Source of the DNA: Ruminococcus albus 7 = DSM 20455
GTDB lineage: Bacteria; Bacillota; Clostridia; Oscillospirales; Ruminococcaceae
Assembly (NCBI RefSeq): GCF_000179635.2
Contig: NC_014833.1
Span: 2,310,001 to 2,342,000 of the forward strand
Length of the DNA: 32,000 bases
Reading direction: 5' to 3'
Made by a program: the position numbers and the translations under genes. Below, piece by piece: positions 7,881-16,248 of the stretch. How positions within the stretch are numbered: the first letter of the stretch is position 1; each line of letters starts with the position of its first letter. Under the pieces are notes generated by a model. It was not told the DNA's origin. It was given only the letters and a program-made list of their open reading frames with translations, and ran no database searches.

Positions 7881-9092
7881 CTATATTCCTCCCGTTTTTT
7901 TACAGCTGTCAAGATATCTCATATTAATATCCGTCAGTAATCTGCTGACCTTGTTAGCATCAGGTCTGTCAGGCAGCTTGCTGTTTTCATATGCAGTAAG
8001 CAGTTTTTTATCCATCCGGTTCACCATATCAAAAAATTCAGCAGAAAGTGAATTCTGTTCATCATTGAAATATTCGCCTGTTTTTATGCTCATTAGCAGG
8101 TCATGCTCCTTTTCACGGTATGTGATTATCTCACCGCGAGCAAGTATATCCTCTGCCATAAAATACAGACGCAAAAGATGCATGGCGTGTTTATTCAGAT
8201 GGTAAGTGTCCTTTTTATGATTGCGGTGACCAAGATGCTTATTGAATTCTTTAAGACAAGAAGTTATCTCATTTGAAATGATATTGAATTCCACAGCAGG
8301 AAGCCTATCTATATCAAGGGAGAAGCAAAGCTGAACTTCATCATCACTTATCGGTTTTCCGTTTACTGTGACCTCAGTAACCGTATCATTAAAAAGGATA
8401 CCAACATCATAAGCATCTACAGGAATGCCGTTGACCGTTACAGATTCACCATTTTTATCTGTAACGAACATTTTAAGGGCTCCTCGTGTATAATGAGGGC
8501 ACTCTGCTTCAAGATGGCGCTGTATGCGTTCAATAGAATCGGCAAGACTAATGCATCTGAATACATTTGAACCATTATCCTTACCTATGGCATTTTTCAG
8601 CCTCTGAAATTGTCCCCTTGCATAGCCTGCAAATGAATCGTAAGCAAGTTTACTAAGAAATAACTCCCTGTTATCAAGAAGTAACTGTCCATATTCACTG
8701 ACTTCAGCATAATGCTCGGGTCTGCAGCCCAGCATTTCAATTGTATTAGGGTTACATTTGTAAAAAAGCCCTACTATCTTGCCAAGCACATAAAGTGTAG
8801 TATCCGTAGTACGGTCTATATACTGTTCAAATCCGCCTGCACCATAAATATAATGGTCGTTAGAACGCTGTGAACCTTCTCTTATAAAACCACAGCCAAG
8901 AAGATCTGAAGGTTCAGGCATTATAATGCCGCGGATGTCAATATCCGACTGCGGTGTATTCAATCCATAGGAAATGCTTCCGCCGAAAGTCAGCAGAGCT
9001 ATACGCTCACCAAGATAGTGATCTTGACGAAGGAAGCTGTATCCGGGATCAGAAATTATTCTGTTAATATCCATTTTATCATTAATTCTCAT
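7881..9092 (-). CDS. Pol-beta superfamily nucleotidyltransferase (RlaP/YcgL-like predicted NTase) with an internal insertion
   Basis: N-terminal LLTFGGSISYGLNTPQSDIDIRGI fits the G-S-x-x-Y-G...D-x-D NTase motif. The C-terminal helical region reads HLNKHAMHLLRLYFMAEDIL. The ATG at 9092 is 4 nt after the glgX stop. The track start at 9113 is a TTG inside glgX. Confidence 0.65.
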   Translation of the reverse strand: MRINDKMDINRIISDPGYSFLRQDHYLGERIALLTFGGSISYGLNTPQSDIDIRGIIMPEPSDLLGCGFIREGSQRSNDHYIYGAGGFEQYIDRTTDTTLYVLGKIVGLFYKCNPNTIEMLGCRPEHYAEVSEYGQLLLDNRELFLSKLAYDSFAGYARGQFQRLKNAIGKDNGSNVFRCISLADSIERIQRHLEAECPHYTRGALKMFVTDKNGESVTVNGIPVDAYDVGILFNDTVTEVTVNGKPISDDEVQLCFSLDIDRLPAVEFNIISNEITSCLKEFNKHLGHRNHKKDTYHLNKHAMHLLRLYFMAEDILARGEIITYREKEHDLLMSIKTGEYFNDEQNSLSAEFFDMVNRMDKKLLTAYENSKLPDRPDANKVSRLLTDINMRYLDSCKKTGGI

Positions 9093-9096
9093 ATTA

Positions 9097-11193
9097 TCAT
9101 CTGTACAGTCCAAGCTTCTTTATAGCTGATGCAACGATAACACTTCTGGGTTTAAGCTGATAGGTATTATTATTTCTATAAATTAGGGCGTTAAAATCAG
9201 TACCTTTTTTATATGGTACATAAGTATAGAAATCAATATTCCAGTCATAGCCTTCAGGAAGTTGGGGAAGTTCCACGAAACAATCCTCCCAATATGCATT
9301 TATACCTATAAATACTGCATCGCTGTTACCCTTTTTATCCTTCCCAGCAAACATTACGCCGATCACATGGTCATGATCATTTGTCTTATCATTCCAGGCG
9401 GTGGTGTTATGTATACTGGTATCGGGGAAACCAAAAGCTCCTTCATTTGTTGCATGGCGAATGACTTCATGCTTCATTCTGAAAGCGATCATATCCTTTA
9501 CAAAATCATGGATCTCCCGATATTTTTTCAGTCTTGACCAATCAAGCCATGATACCTCGTTATCCTGACAATAGGCATTATTATTTCCGAACTGGGTATT
9601 GCAGAATTCATCGCCGGCATAGAACATAGCAGCACCCCTGCTGAAAAAAAGTGTAGCAAAGGCATTTTTGATCATACGCATCCTGAGCCCCATGATCTCG
9701 CGATCATCGGTTTCTCCCTCAACTCCGCAGTTCCAGCTTGTCATGCTGTTATCACCATCGGTATTGTTCCAGCCATTGGCTTCGTTATGCTTGATATTAT
9801 ACGAGTATAGATCATACATTGTAAAACCATCATGGCAGGTCAGGAAGTTAACAGATGCATTATGCCAGCGTTCCGGCGGATAGAGGTCAGCCGAACCGGT
9901 TATCCTTTGTATAGCCGCCCATGCTTTGCCGTTATCACCTTTCAGAAAACAGCGCAGGTCATCACGGAATCTTCCGTTCCATTCAGCCCATCGGTTCCAT
10001 GACGGAAAGCTGCCGACCTGATAAAGGCCGCCAGCATCCCAAGCTTCCGCTATTAGTTTACAGCCGCTAAGAATAGGATCATAAGCTATAGTCTTTAGCA
10101 AAGGAGGATTCTCCATAGGGGTACCATCCTCACTTCTTCCAAGGATAGATGCAAGATCAAATCGGAAGCCGTCGACCCTGTATTCGATGACCCAGTATCG
10201 CAGACAGTCAATAATAAACTGCTGTACCACAGGATGATTGCAGTTCATGGTATTTCCGCAGCCGCTGAAATTAACATACTTACCATCCGGAGTTAGCATA
10301 TAATACACGCTGTTGTCAAGACCCTTGAAAGAAAATACCGTACCGTCTTCGTTTCCTTCGGAAGTATGATTAAAGACTACATCAAGAAAAACGAGTATGC
10401 CATTCTCATTACAGATACGTATAAGATTTTTGAGTTCGTCACCTTCATGGTTATATTCTGCGCTGGAGGCATAGCTTGTATTCGGAGCAAAGAAACAAGT
10501 GGTATTATAACCCCAGTAATTCATCAGAAGATTGCCGTTATGCTGACGCTCTTCATATAATTCATCAAACTCAAATACAGGCATTAGTTCGATCGCATTA
10601 ATGCCAAGTTTTTTCAGGTAAGGGATCTTCTCGATAACACCGTTAAAAGTTCCCGGATGCTCTACTCCAGAAGTCAGGCTGTTAGTAAATCCCCTGACAT
10701 GAAGTTCATAAATAACGAGATCACTGAATGGGATATTTCTCTTTACAAAGGTACCCCAGTCAAATTTATCGGTAGTTATCCTGCCATGATAGCAGTCCTC
10801 CGCCCCTGATTTTTTTCCCCAAACGCTCTGACCTGTAACAGCCCTTGCATAAGGATCAAGGATATTGGTCTTGCTGTTGAAAAGATGTCCTTTTTTAGGA
10901 TCATATTCACCCGAAAAGCGGTAGCAGTACTCTATCTCGAATATATCAAGATCATAGATCATTATTGACCATGTATCTCCTATTCGGTAGCTGTCAGGTA
11001 TAGGTATTATAGCGAAGGGTTTTGTTTCACCCCTCTTGAAAAGCACCACCGAACAACCTGTGGCGTTAGCGGAATGGATAGTAAAATTGACAGCCTTCAG
11101 CATCGCAGAAGCACCGTTAAGAGTATATATACCGGGACGGCATTCAAAACCTGCGATGATATCAGTAGCTTTGTAAGTTGAAGAATTTTTCAT
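9097..11193 (-). CDS. glgX: Glycogen debranching enzyme / isoamylase-type GH13 (GlgX-like)
   Basis: 698 aa. GH13 conserved regions are present: VFLDVVFNHT, GFRFDLASILGR, LIAEAWD, FLTCHDGFTMYDL. An N-terminal CBM48-like region and YELHVRGFT are also seen. Confidence 0.9.
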   Translation of the reverse strand: MKNSSTYKATDIIAGFECRPGIYTLNGASAMLKAVNFTIHSANATGCSVVLFKRGETKPFAIIPIPDSYRIGDTWSIMIYDLDIFEIEYCYRFSGEYDPKKGHLFNSKTNILDPYARAVTGQSVWGKKSGAEDCYHGRITTDKFDWGTFVKRNIPFSDLVIYELHVRGFTNSLTSGVEHPGTFNGVIEKIPYLKKLGINAIELMPVFEFDELYEERQHNGNLLMNYWGYNTTCFFAPNTSYASSAEYNHEGDELKNLIRICNENGILVFLDVVFNHTSEGNEDGTVFSFKGLDNSVYYMLTPDGKYVNFSGCGNTMNCNHPVVQQFIIDCLRYWVIEYRVDGFRFDLASILGRSEDGTPMENPPLLKTIAYDPILSGCKLIAEAWDAGGLYQVGSFPSWNRWAEWNGRFRDDLRCFLKGDNGKAWAAIQRITGSADLYPPERWHNASVNFLTCHDGFTMYDLYSYNIKHNEANGWNNTDGDNSMTSWNCGVEGETDDREIMGLRMRMIKNAFATLFFSRGAAMFYAGDEFCNTQFGNNNAYCQDNEVSWLDWSRLKKYREIHDFVKDMIAFRMKHEVIRHATNEGAFGFPDTSIHNTTAWNDKTNDHDHVIGVMFAGKDKKGNSDAVFIGINAYWEDCFVELPQLPEGYDWNIDFYTYVPYKKGTDFNALIYRNNNTYQLKPRSVIVASAIKKLGLYR

Positions 11194-11372
11194 ATTATCA
11201 CAGCCTTATACGGTATTGTACCTTATGCGAATCGCATACAAGCACTATTATATATTATAAACTATTTTATAATTAATTTCAATTGAATAATTGTATAAAA
11301 ATAAGCCATGACTTTTGACAATGGTATCATATCGGGAATAGAAATAATTACCGGCAGAAAATAGGATATTAC

Positions 11373-11975
11373 TTATTTTACAATAACTCCCAGAAGTCTT
11401 GCCAGATCAGCCGCCTGCTCAAAATTAACTGTCACACCTCTGAGTTCGCTTAATTCATGTGAAAATACTATGCCCGAGATATCGCACTTAGAAAGATCAA
11501 CACCGCGTATCTTTGCCTGAAAAAATTCGGCAGAGATGAGTCTGACATCTTTAAGAGTTGTTTTTTTGATCTCTGCCTTAGTAAGCAGCGCTCCCGAAAA
11601 GTCACAATCAATGATCTCACAGCTATCAATAACACATTCTGAAAACAATCCGTATGAAAAAGAGGAAGTATTCATCTTAGTATGTTTGATTACCGAGCGG
11701 CCAAGATCAGCACCGTTTGCTTTACAGCCCGCAAACTCACAATCCTTGAAATAGCACTCTTCCAGCTTGCAGTTAGAAAGGTCACATTTTTCAAATTTGC
11801 AACCATAAAAGCCGGCTTTGTTAAAGTCACATTGTATGAATCTGCATCCTATGAAAGTTACAGATGAAAATTCAAAGCCGCTCATATCAACAGATGCGAT
11901 GATCTCATGGTCAAATACCTTCTCCTTGATTTCCAAATCTTCCGCTCTGACTTTTTCAACATCATCAGAAAACAT
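11373..11975 (-). CDS. Pentapeptide-repeat protein (Cys-rich)
   Basis: 200 aa that is almost entirely A/C-D/N-L/F-x-x pentads (CDFNKAGFYGCKFEKCDLSNCKLEECYFKDCEFAGCKANGADL...). RBS aaagga. Confidence 0.85.
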   Translation of the reverse strand: MFSDDVEKVRAEDLEIKEKVFDHEIIASVDMSGFEFSSVTFIGCRFIQCDFNKAGFYGCKFEKCDLSNCKLEECYFKDCEFAGCKANGADLGRSVIKHTKMNTSSFSYGLFSECVIDSCEIIDCDFSGALLTKAEIKKTTLKDVRLISAEFFQAKIRGVDLSKCDISGIVFSHELSELRGVTVNFEQAADLARLLGVIVK

Positions 11976-12065
11976 TTATTTCATCCTTTCTGTTATGATC
12001 TATGACTTTTGAAACCATTTTAGTTTTCTTCATCTTTAGTATCTTTAAATTCATTTTTAATTCTC

Positions 12066-13367
12066 CTAATTAATTACCTGTTTTTTAAGATATTCCAAAT
12101 TCTTGATTTTAGTTTCTGATAATTTATCCAAAAATTCATTGTATCTGTTTCTATCATCAATAACAGCTTTGATTTTATCTTCGAGTTCTTTTGTGCTTTC
12201 TTCAACACTCTTTGATAAATCTGGAATTCTGGACAGTATTGGATCATTCTTTGCTCGTTCAAAAAATTCCTTATTTTCCTGAAGTATGAATTCATGATGA
12301 TCATCAATAAGAAAATATAGTGGGAAGAGATCTCCAGAATATGAAAATTTATATGTGTTTTTTAAAAATGTTTTCACATCTATTATCTCATCAAAAAGAG
12401 GTATCACATATTTCAGTATGTAATCTACCGACTGTTCAACAGCTGTTCTCAGGGTTTCGGGATCTTCTTTATCATATACAAATTCAAACGATCCTTCGAT
12501 CTCTTTTTGGTTTTTTGCTATGTACTTTCTTGTTCCTACCAATAAACCAGTGTTTTTTTCAGAAGTGAAAAAACGTTCCAGCCAACCCTCATACAGCGTT
12601 GATGCCACAAAGCAAACATCGATCAGCCTGTTTAACCTTGTATCCTCACCGGAAGAAAACATATCTTTTCTGCTTTCTTCGATCTTAATGAGATCTATGA
12701 TATCACCCCTTGATCTCATGTAAAGAAGCGGTGTCTGAGTTTTCACAAATCCAAGTGGTTCAAGAACTTCGCTGAAAACTTTATTGTACGCGGTTCTATA
12801 TGTTAGCTTTTTCTCACCTGCCTTTTTAAAATACACCCTGACAGCGTTATCACCTTCATTTCCATACTCTGCCAGCATATTCTCACAGCCGATGATCTCA
12901 CCGAATTCGCACAGTGCATCTTCTGCAAATGTGTGATCGCCCTGCTGTATCTCTTCGACTTTTGCCCAGTCAATGCCGAGCATGGTCTGCCATTTCAGCG
13001 GCGAGGGCTCGGGCACTTCATCGAAGTATGGTTCGCCTAAAAACATGGTATCGACAGGTGAGCCGTTTAAACCAAACAGCGTAAGTTCGGCAAAATCGCT
13101 GTCTACCAGTTCAACACTGAGAACCTGCATACCCAGATCTCTTGCGAAGGCTGATGCTTTATTTTTGGCTTCGGTGTCGTCCTCGAAAAGTATCGTCACC
13201 CATTTTCTGTCAGCCGAAAAGACAAGTTCATAGCAAAGTTCAGCATCATCTTCCTTGGCGGAAGTATAGCCTTTCGCTTTCATCATATCAGTGAACTGCT
13301 TTTTGAACTGCGCTTTTGTCTGCTTATCAGCATTAAGTACATGGTTAATTTTAAATGATCTGCCCAT
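12066..13367 (-). CDS. Uncharacterised 433-aa protein. The C-terminal half is possibly DUF4304-like. No TM segment or signal peptide is seen.
   Basis: Long ORF with RBS acggaga and its own promoter. No motif I recognise in the N-terminal half. The C-terminal half (..FSEVLEPLGFVKTQTPLLYMRS..) loosely resembles DUF4304-type proteins, from memory only. Confidence 0.7.
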   Translation of the reverse strand: MGRSFKINHVLNADKQTKAQFKKQFTDMMKAKGYTSAKEDDAELCYELVFSADRKWVTILFEDDTEAKNKASAFARDLGMQVLSVELVDSDFAELTLFGLNGSPVDTMFLGEPYFDEVPEPSPLKWQTMLGIDWAKVEEIQQGDHTFAEDALCEFGEIIGCENMLAEYGNEGDNAVRVYFKKAGEKKLTYRTAYNKVFSEVLEPLGFVKTQTPLLYMRSRGDIIDLIKIEESRKDMFSSGEDTRLNRLIDVCFVASTLYEGWLERFFTSEKNTGLLVGTRKYIAKNQKEIEGSFEFVYDKEDPETLRTAVEQSVDYILKYVIPLFDEIIDVKTFLKNTYKFSYSGDLFPLYFLIDDHHEFILQENKEFFERAKNDPILSRIPDLSKSVEESTKELEDKIKAVIDDRNRYNEFLDKLSETKIKNLEYLKKQVIN

Positions 13368-13414
13368 AATTATATCTCCGTTTTGATAATATGATCTTAT
13401 ATAATATAAATACT

Positions 13415-13443
13415 ATTTTATCGTATATTATAAGATTTGTCAA
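13415..13443 (-). promoter_or_regulatory. Sigma-A type promoter for the 433-aa gene (TTGACA-17-TAAAAT on the minus strand)
   Basis: The minus strand reads ttgaca (13443-13438), a 17-nt spacer, then taaaat (13420-13415). Confidence 0.5.
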
Positions 13444-13478
13444 CCAACAAAAAATCATAATTATCATAGTATTTGTTA

Positions 13479-13507
13479 TTGTACAAAAGAGGATATTATG
13501 CTATAAT
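13479..13507 (+). promoter_or_regulatory. Sigma-A type promoter for the GH26 gene (TTGTAC-17-TGcTATAAT)
   Basis: ttgtac at 13479-13484, a 17-nt spacer ending tgc, and tataat at 13502-13507. RBS ggaggg follows at 13521-13526 and the ATG at 13533. Confidence 0.55.
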
Positions 13508-13532
13508 AGTAAAAATTAAAGGAGGGATCACA

Positions 13533-14501
13533 ATGACGAGAAGATCAACAGAACCCGTATTTAAAAATTCACAGAAATGTGTCGGTAATGTACTGAATTA
13601 TCTTTCAGATATTTCAGGTGTAAAAATCGTTACCGGACAACACACACAGACTATGGCTATGGAAGAGATCGAAACCATAAAGCGTGTAACAGGCAAAGAA
13701 CCTGCTCTGCTCGGCATAGAACTCCTTTCGTATTCGCCAAACATAAACTACACCGATACTGACGATGAGTGCATGAAAGAAGTTCTTGAAAACAATGGCA
13801 CACTGAAAAATGCATGGTTATGGGCAGAAAAAAAGGGTCTTATTACAATGACGATCCACTGGTTTTCGCCTTTAGGCGGCAGAAGCAAAGCATTCTATAC
13901 AGAAAATACAGAATTTGATGCATCTCTGGCTGTTCAGTCGGGAACCAAAGAAAACAAGGCTCTTTTGCAGGATATAGATCATTTTGCCGCACTTCTTCGT
14001 CCATTTAAAGAAAAGGGTGTCCCTATACTGTGGCGACCGTTCCACGAATGTGACGGAGAATGGTTCTGGTGGGGCGCAAAAGGTGCTGATGTACTGAAAA
14101 TGCTTTGGAGGATAATGTTTGAGCGTTTCACTGCCACACATGGTCTTGACAATCTTATATGGGTGTGGAATGCTGCTAAAGCGGAATTTTACCCCGGTGA
14201 TGACTGTGTTGATATCATATCACGCGATCTCTATCCCGCTAAGCACCACCACACCGCCAATGATAAAGAATACAGAGAACTCATATCATTTACAGATGCT
14301 CCAAAGATTGCACTTATGGGCGAAACAGGCATTCTTCCCGATGCAGACGAGATACATGATCTCCACACCGGCTGGACAACATATATGACATGGTCAAAAG
14401 ATTTCTGCCTAACCGAAGAATTCAACACTTTTGAATATATGAAAAAATTATACGATAATCCATACGCAGTCACGCTCGATGAATTACCGGAGTTATACTG
14501 A
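13533..14501 (+). CDS. Glycoside hydrolase family 26 (beta-mannanase-like), no signal peptide
   Basis: WRPFHECDGEWFWWG matches the GH26 catalytic acid/base motif. LIWVWN is also present. The start at 13533 is chosen from the RBS and the promoter position. The track start at 13473 lies upstream of the predicted promoter. Confidence 0.8.
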   Translation: MTRRSTEPVFKNSQKCVGNVLNYLSDISGVKIVTGQHTQTMAMEEIETIKRVTGKEPALLGIELLSYSPNINYTDTDDECMKEVLENNGTLKNAWLWAEKKGLITMTIHWFSPLGGRSKAFYTENTEFDASLAVQSGTKENKALLQDIDHFAALLRPFKEKGVPILWRPFHECDGEWFWWGAKGADVLKMLWRIMFERFTATHGLDNLIWVWNAAKAEFYPGDDCVDIISRDLYPAKHHHTANDKEYRELISFTDAPKIALMGETGILPDADEIHDLHTGWTTYMTWSKDFCLTEEFNTFEYMKKLYDNPYAVTLDELPELY

Positions 14502-14510
14502 ATAACAAAA

Positions 14511-14535
14511 GGCCGCCAGCCGGCGGTCTTTTTAT
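14511..14535 (+). terminator. Rho-independent terminator after the GH26 gene
   Basis: ggccgcc-agc-cggcggtc hairpin followed by tttttattt. Confidence 0.65.
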
Positions 14536-14569
14536 TTATATTATATAAGCATACAATTAAAATACGGTC

Positions 14570-14605
14570 ACAAAAAGGCTGCGTAACATAAGTGTTACAC
14601 AGCCT
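14570..14605 (-). terminator. Rho-independent terminator after the SPFH gene (minus strand)
   Basis: Stem aggctgcgtaaca(14576-14588)/tgttacacagcct(14593-14605) with one mismatch. The minus-strand downstream sequence is tttttg. Confidence 0.65.
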
Positions 14606-14623
14606 GAATAAAAAACATATCAA

Positions 14624-15586
14624 TTATTTAGCATCCTTGACGATCTCTTTAAGACCTGTTGCAAGACCTGCAAGACCCTGTATCTCACTGGGGATAATGA
14701 TCTTTGTAGCCTTGCCGTCAGCAGCCTTGCTGAATGCTTCAAGGCTCTTGAGCTGGATAACTGCATCATTAGGATTAGCAGCATTCAGCTTTACAATACT
14801 GTCAGCAAGAGCACGCTGTACCATTTCGATAGCCTGCGCTTCACCTTCAGCTTCGAGGATCTTCTGTTCCTTAACGGCATCTGCACGAAGGATCATGGAC
14901 TGCTTTTCAGCCTCAGCAGCGAGGATCTGTGATTCCTTGTCAGCCTGTGCACGGAGTATCTTGGACTCCTTTTCACCTTCTGCAACAAGTATCTGGGACT
15001 TCTTTTCTGCCTCAGCCTGAATGACCTTTTCACGTCTCTCACGGTCAGCCTTCATCTGCTTTTCCATCGCATCCTGGATCTCTCTGGGAGGGATGATGTT
15101 CTTCAGCTCCACGCGCTGAACTTTGATGCCCCATCTGTCGGTAGCTTCATCAAGTATCGCTGTGATACGTGTGTTTATGATATCTCTCGAAGTAAGAGTT
15201 GCTTCGAGGTCGAGGTCGCCGACGATATTTCTCAGTGTGGTAGCTGTGAGGTTCTCGATAGCTGAGATAGGTCTTTCAACACCGTATGTGAACTGCATAG
15301 CATTGGTTATCTGGAAGAAAACGACAGTATCTATCTGCATGGTAACGTTATCTTTAGTGATAACAGACTGGGGTTTGAAGTCAACTACCTGCTCCTTGAT
15401 AGATACCTTTTTAGCAACTCTGTCGATAAAAGGCATTTTAACATGAAGTCCGGTGCCCCATGCAGCATGGAAGGTACCGAATCTTTCTACTACATAAACA
15501 TAAGCCTGAGGAACGATCTTGATATTGGAAATAACTACCAACACAATAAATGCAATAATTATAAGTACAATAAGAAATGGACTCAT
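14624..15586 (-). CDS. SPFH/band-7 (stomatin/prohibitin-like) membrane protein
   Basis: N-terminal TM segment, SPFH core (IVPQAYVYVVERFG...DNVTMQIDTVVFFQI...) and a C-terminal coiled coil. It sits immediately downstream of an NfeD gene, the classical pairing. RBS ggagg. Confidence 0.9.
   Translation of the reverse strand: MSPFLIVLIIIAFIVLVVISNIKIVPQAYVYVVERFGTFHAAWGTGLHVKMPFIDRVAKKVSIKEQVVDFKPQSVITKDNVTMQIDTVVFFQITNAMQFTYGVERPISAIENLTATTLRNIVGDLDLEATLTSRDIINTRITAILDEATDRWGIKVQRVELKNIIPPREIQDAMEKQMKADRERREKVIQAEAEKKSQILVAEGEKESKILRAQADKESQILAAEAEKQSMILRADAVKEQKILEAEGEAQAIEMVQRALADSIVKLNAANPNDAVIQLKSLEAFSKAADGKATKIIIPSEIQGLAGLATGLKEIVKDAK
14819..15016 (-). repeat. Six tandem 33-bp (11-residue) coding repeats in the SPFH coiled-coil region
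   Basis: Residues 191-256 read AEAEKKSQILV / AEGEKESKILR / AQADKESQILA / AEAEKQSMILR / ADAVKEQKILE / AEGEAQAIEMV. Confidence 0.6.
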
Positions 15587-15604
15587 TTTTCATAAACCTC
15601 CGAA

Positions 15605-16045
15605 TTAATTTTTTAGTGTAACAACAAGTTTTGCGCCAGAGACCTCGACAACGCTGACAGTAGAACCTTTCTCTATCTTTTTACCGTCTGCGGAAACAGC
15701 TGACCAGTCAGTGCCGTCCAATCTGACCCTGCCTTTATTCAGGCTGTTGTCAATACTCTCGATGACCTGCGCTGTTTTACCAACATCCAGTTCAAAGTTA
15801 GTCGGCACAGCAGTCATCCTGACTTTTTTCGCAAGAGGCCGTGTTGCAAAAAGGAATACTATGGAAGCGAACACGAACACTGCAAACTGTGCAACAAAAG
15901 GCAGTTTAGCAATCGCACAGAACATCGCTGCAAGTGAACCCAGTGCAAACCAGATACTCAGCAATCCTGCACCGTTTGCTATCTCAACGATCACAAAGAA
16001 AACAAAAGCCACAGCCCAGATAATAATGAATGTGGTAATTGTCAT
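15605..16045 (-). CDS. NfeD-family membrane protein (stomatin operon partner)
   Basis: 146 aa with three N-terminal TM segments and a C-terminal OB-like soluble domain (GRVRLDGTDWSAVS...). It is 18 nt upstream of the SPFH gene. RBS aaaggag. Confidence 0.85.
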   Translation of the reverse strand: MTITTFIIIWAVAFVFFVIVEIANGAGLLSIWFALGSLAAMFCAIAKLPFVAQFAVFVFASIVFLFATRPLAKKVRMTAVPTNFELDVGKTAQVIESIDNSLNKGRVRLDGTDWSAVSADGKKIEKGSTVSVVEVSGAKLVVTLKN

Positions 16046-16113
16046 AACAGATCAACTCCTTTCCTGTTCTGAAAAATATATTTCTTTCTGCGGCTTTAAA
16101 TTACCGCAACATA

Positions 16114-16142
16114 ATTATAACATATTTTTTGGATTTTTTCAA
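16114..16142 (-). promoter_or_regulatory. Sigma-A type promoter for the NfeD-SPFH operon (TTGAAA-17-TGtTATAAT on the minus strand)
   Basis: The minus strand reads ttgaaa (16142-16137), a 17-nt spacer ending tgt, then tataat (16119-16114). Confidence 0.55.
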
Positions 16143-16248
16143 TAGGTAAATTCGAATAACAGAAAAAATTTTGCTGACAGAAAAGTGATAGAAAAGCAGT
16201 CGATCTATCAAGTAATACGACTTGTCACATAAAAATATATCAAGCGAT

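Noticed and set aside
13473-13532. Longer N-terminal extensions offered by the ORF track: 13473 for GH26, 16845 for flavin reductase, 5762 for the dehydrogenase, 7912 for the thioesterase, 4673 for tnpA, 17113 for argG and 9113 (TTG) for the NTase
   Set aside because: In each case a downstream ATG has a much better Shine-Dalgarno match at proper spacing. For GH26 the extension also lies upstream of the predicted promoter. The extensions add non-conserved-looking residues.
14592-15020. 142-aa plus-strand Ala/Ser-rich ORF
   Set aside because: It is generated by the antisense reading of the 33-bp coiled-coil repeats in the SPFH gene. Its periodic low-complexity sequence is an artefact.
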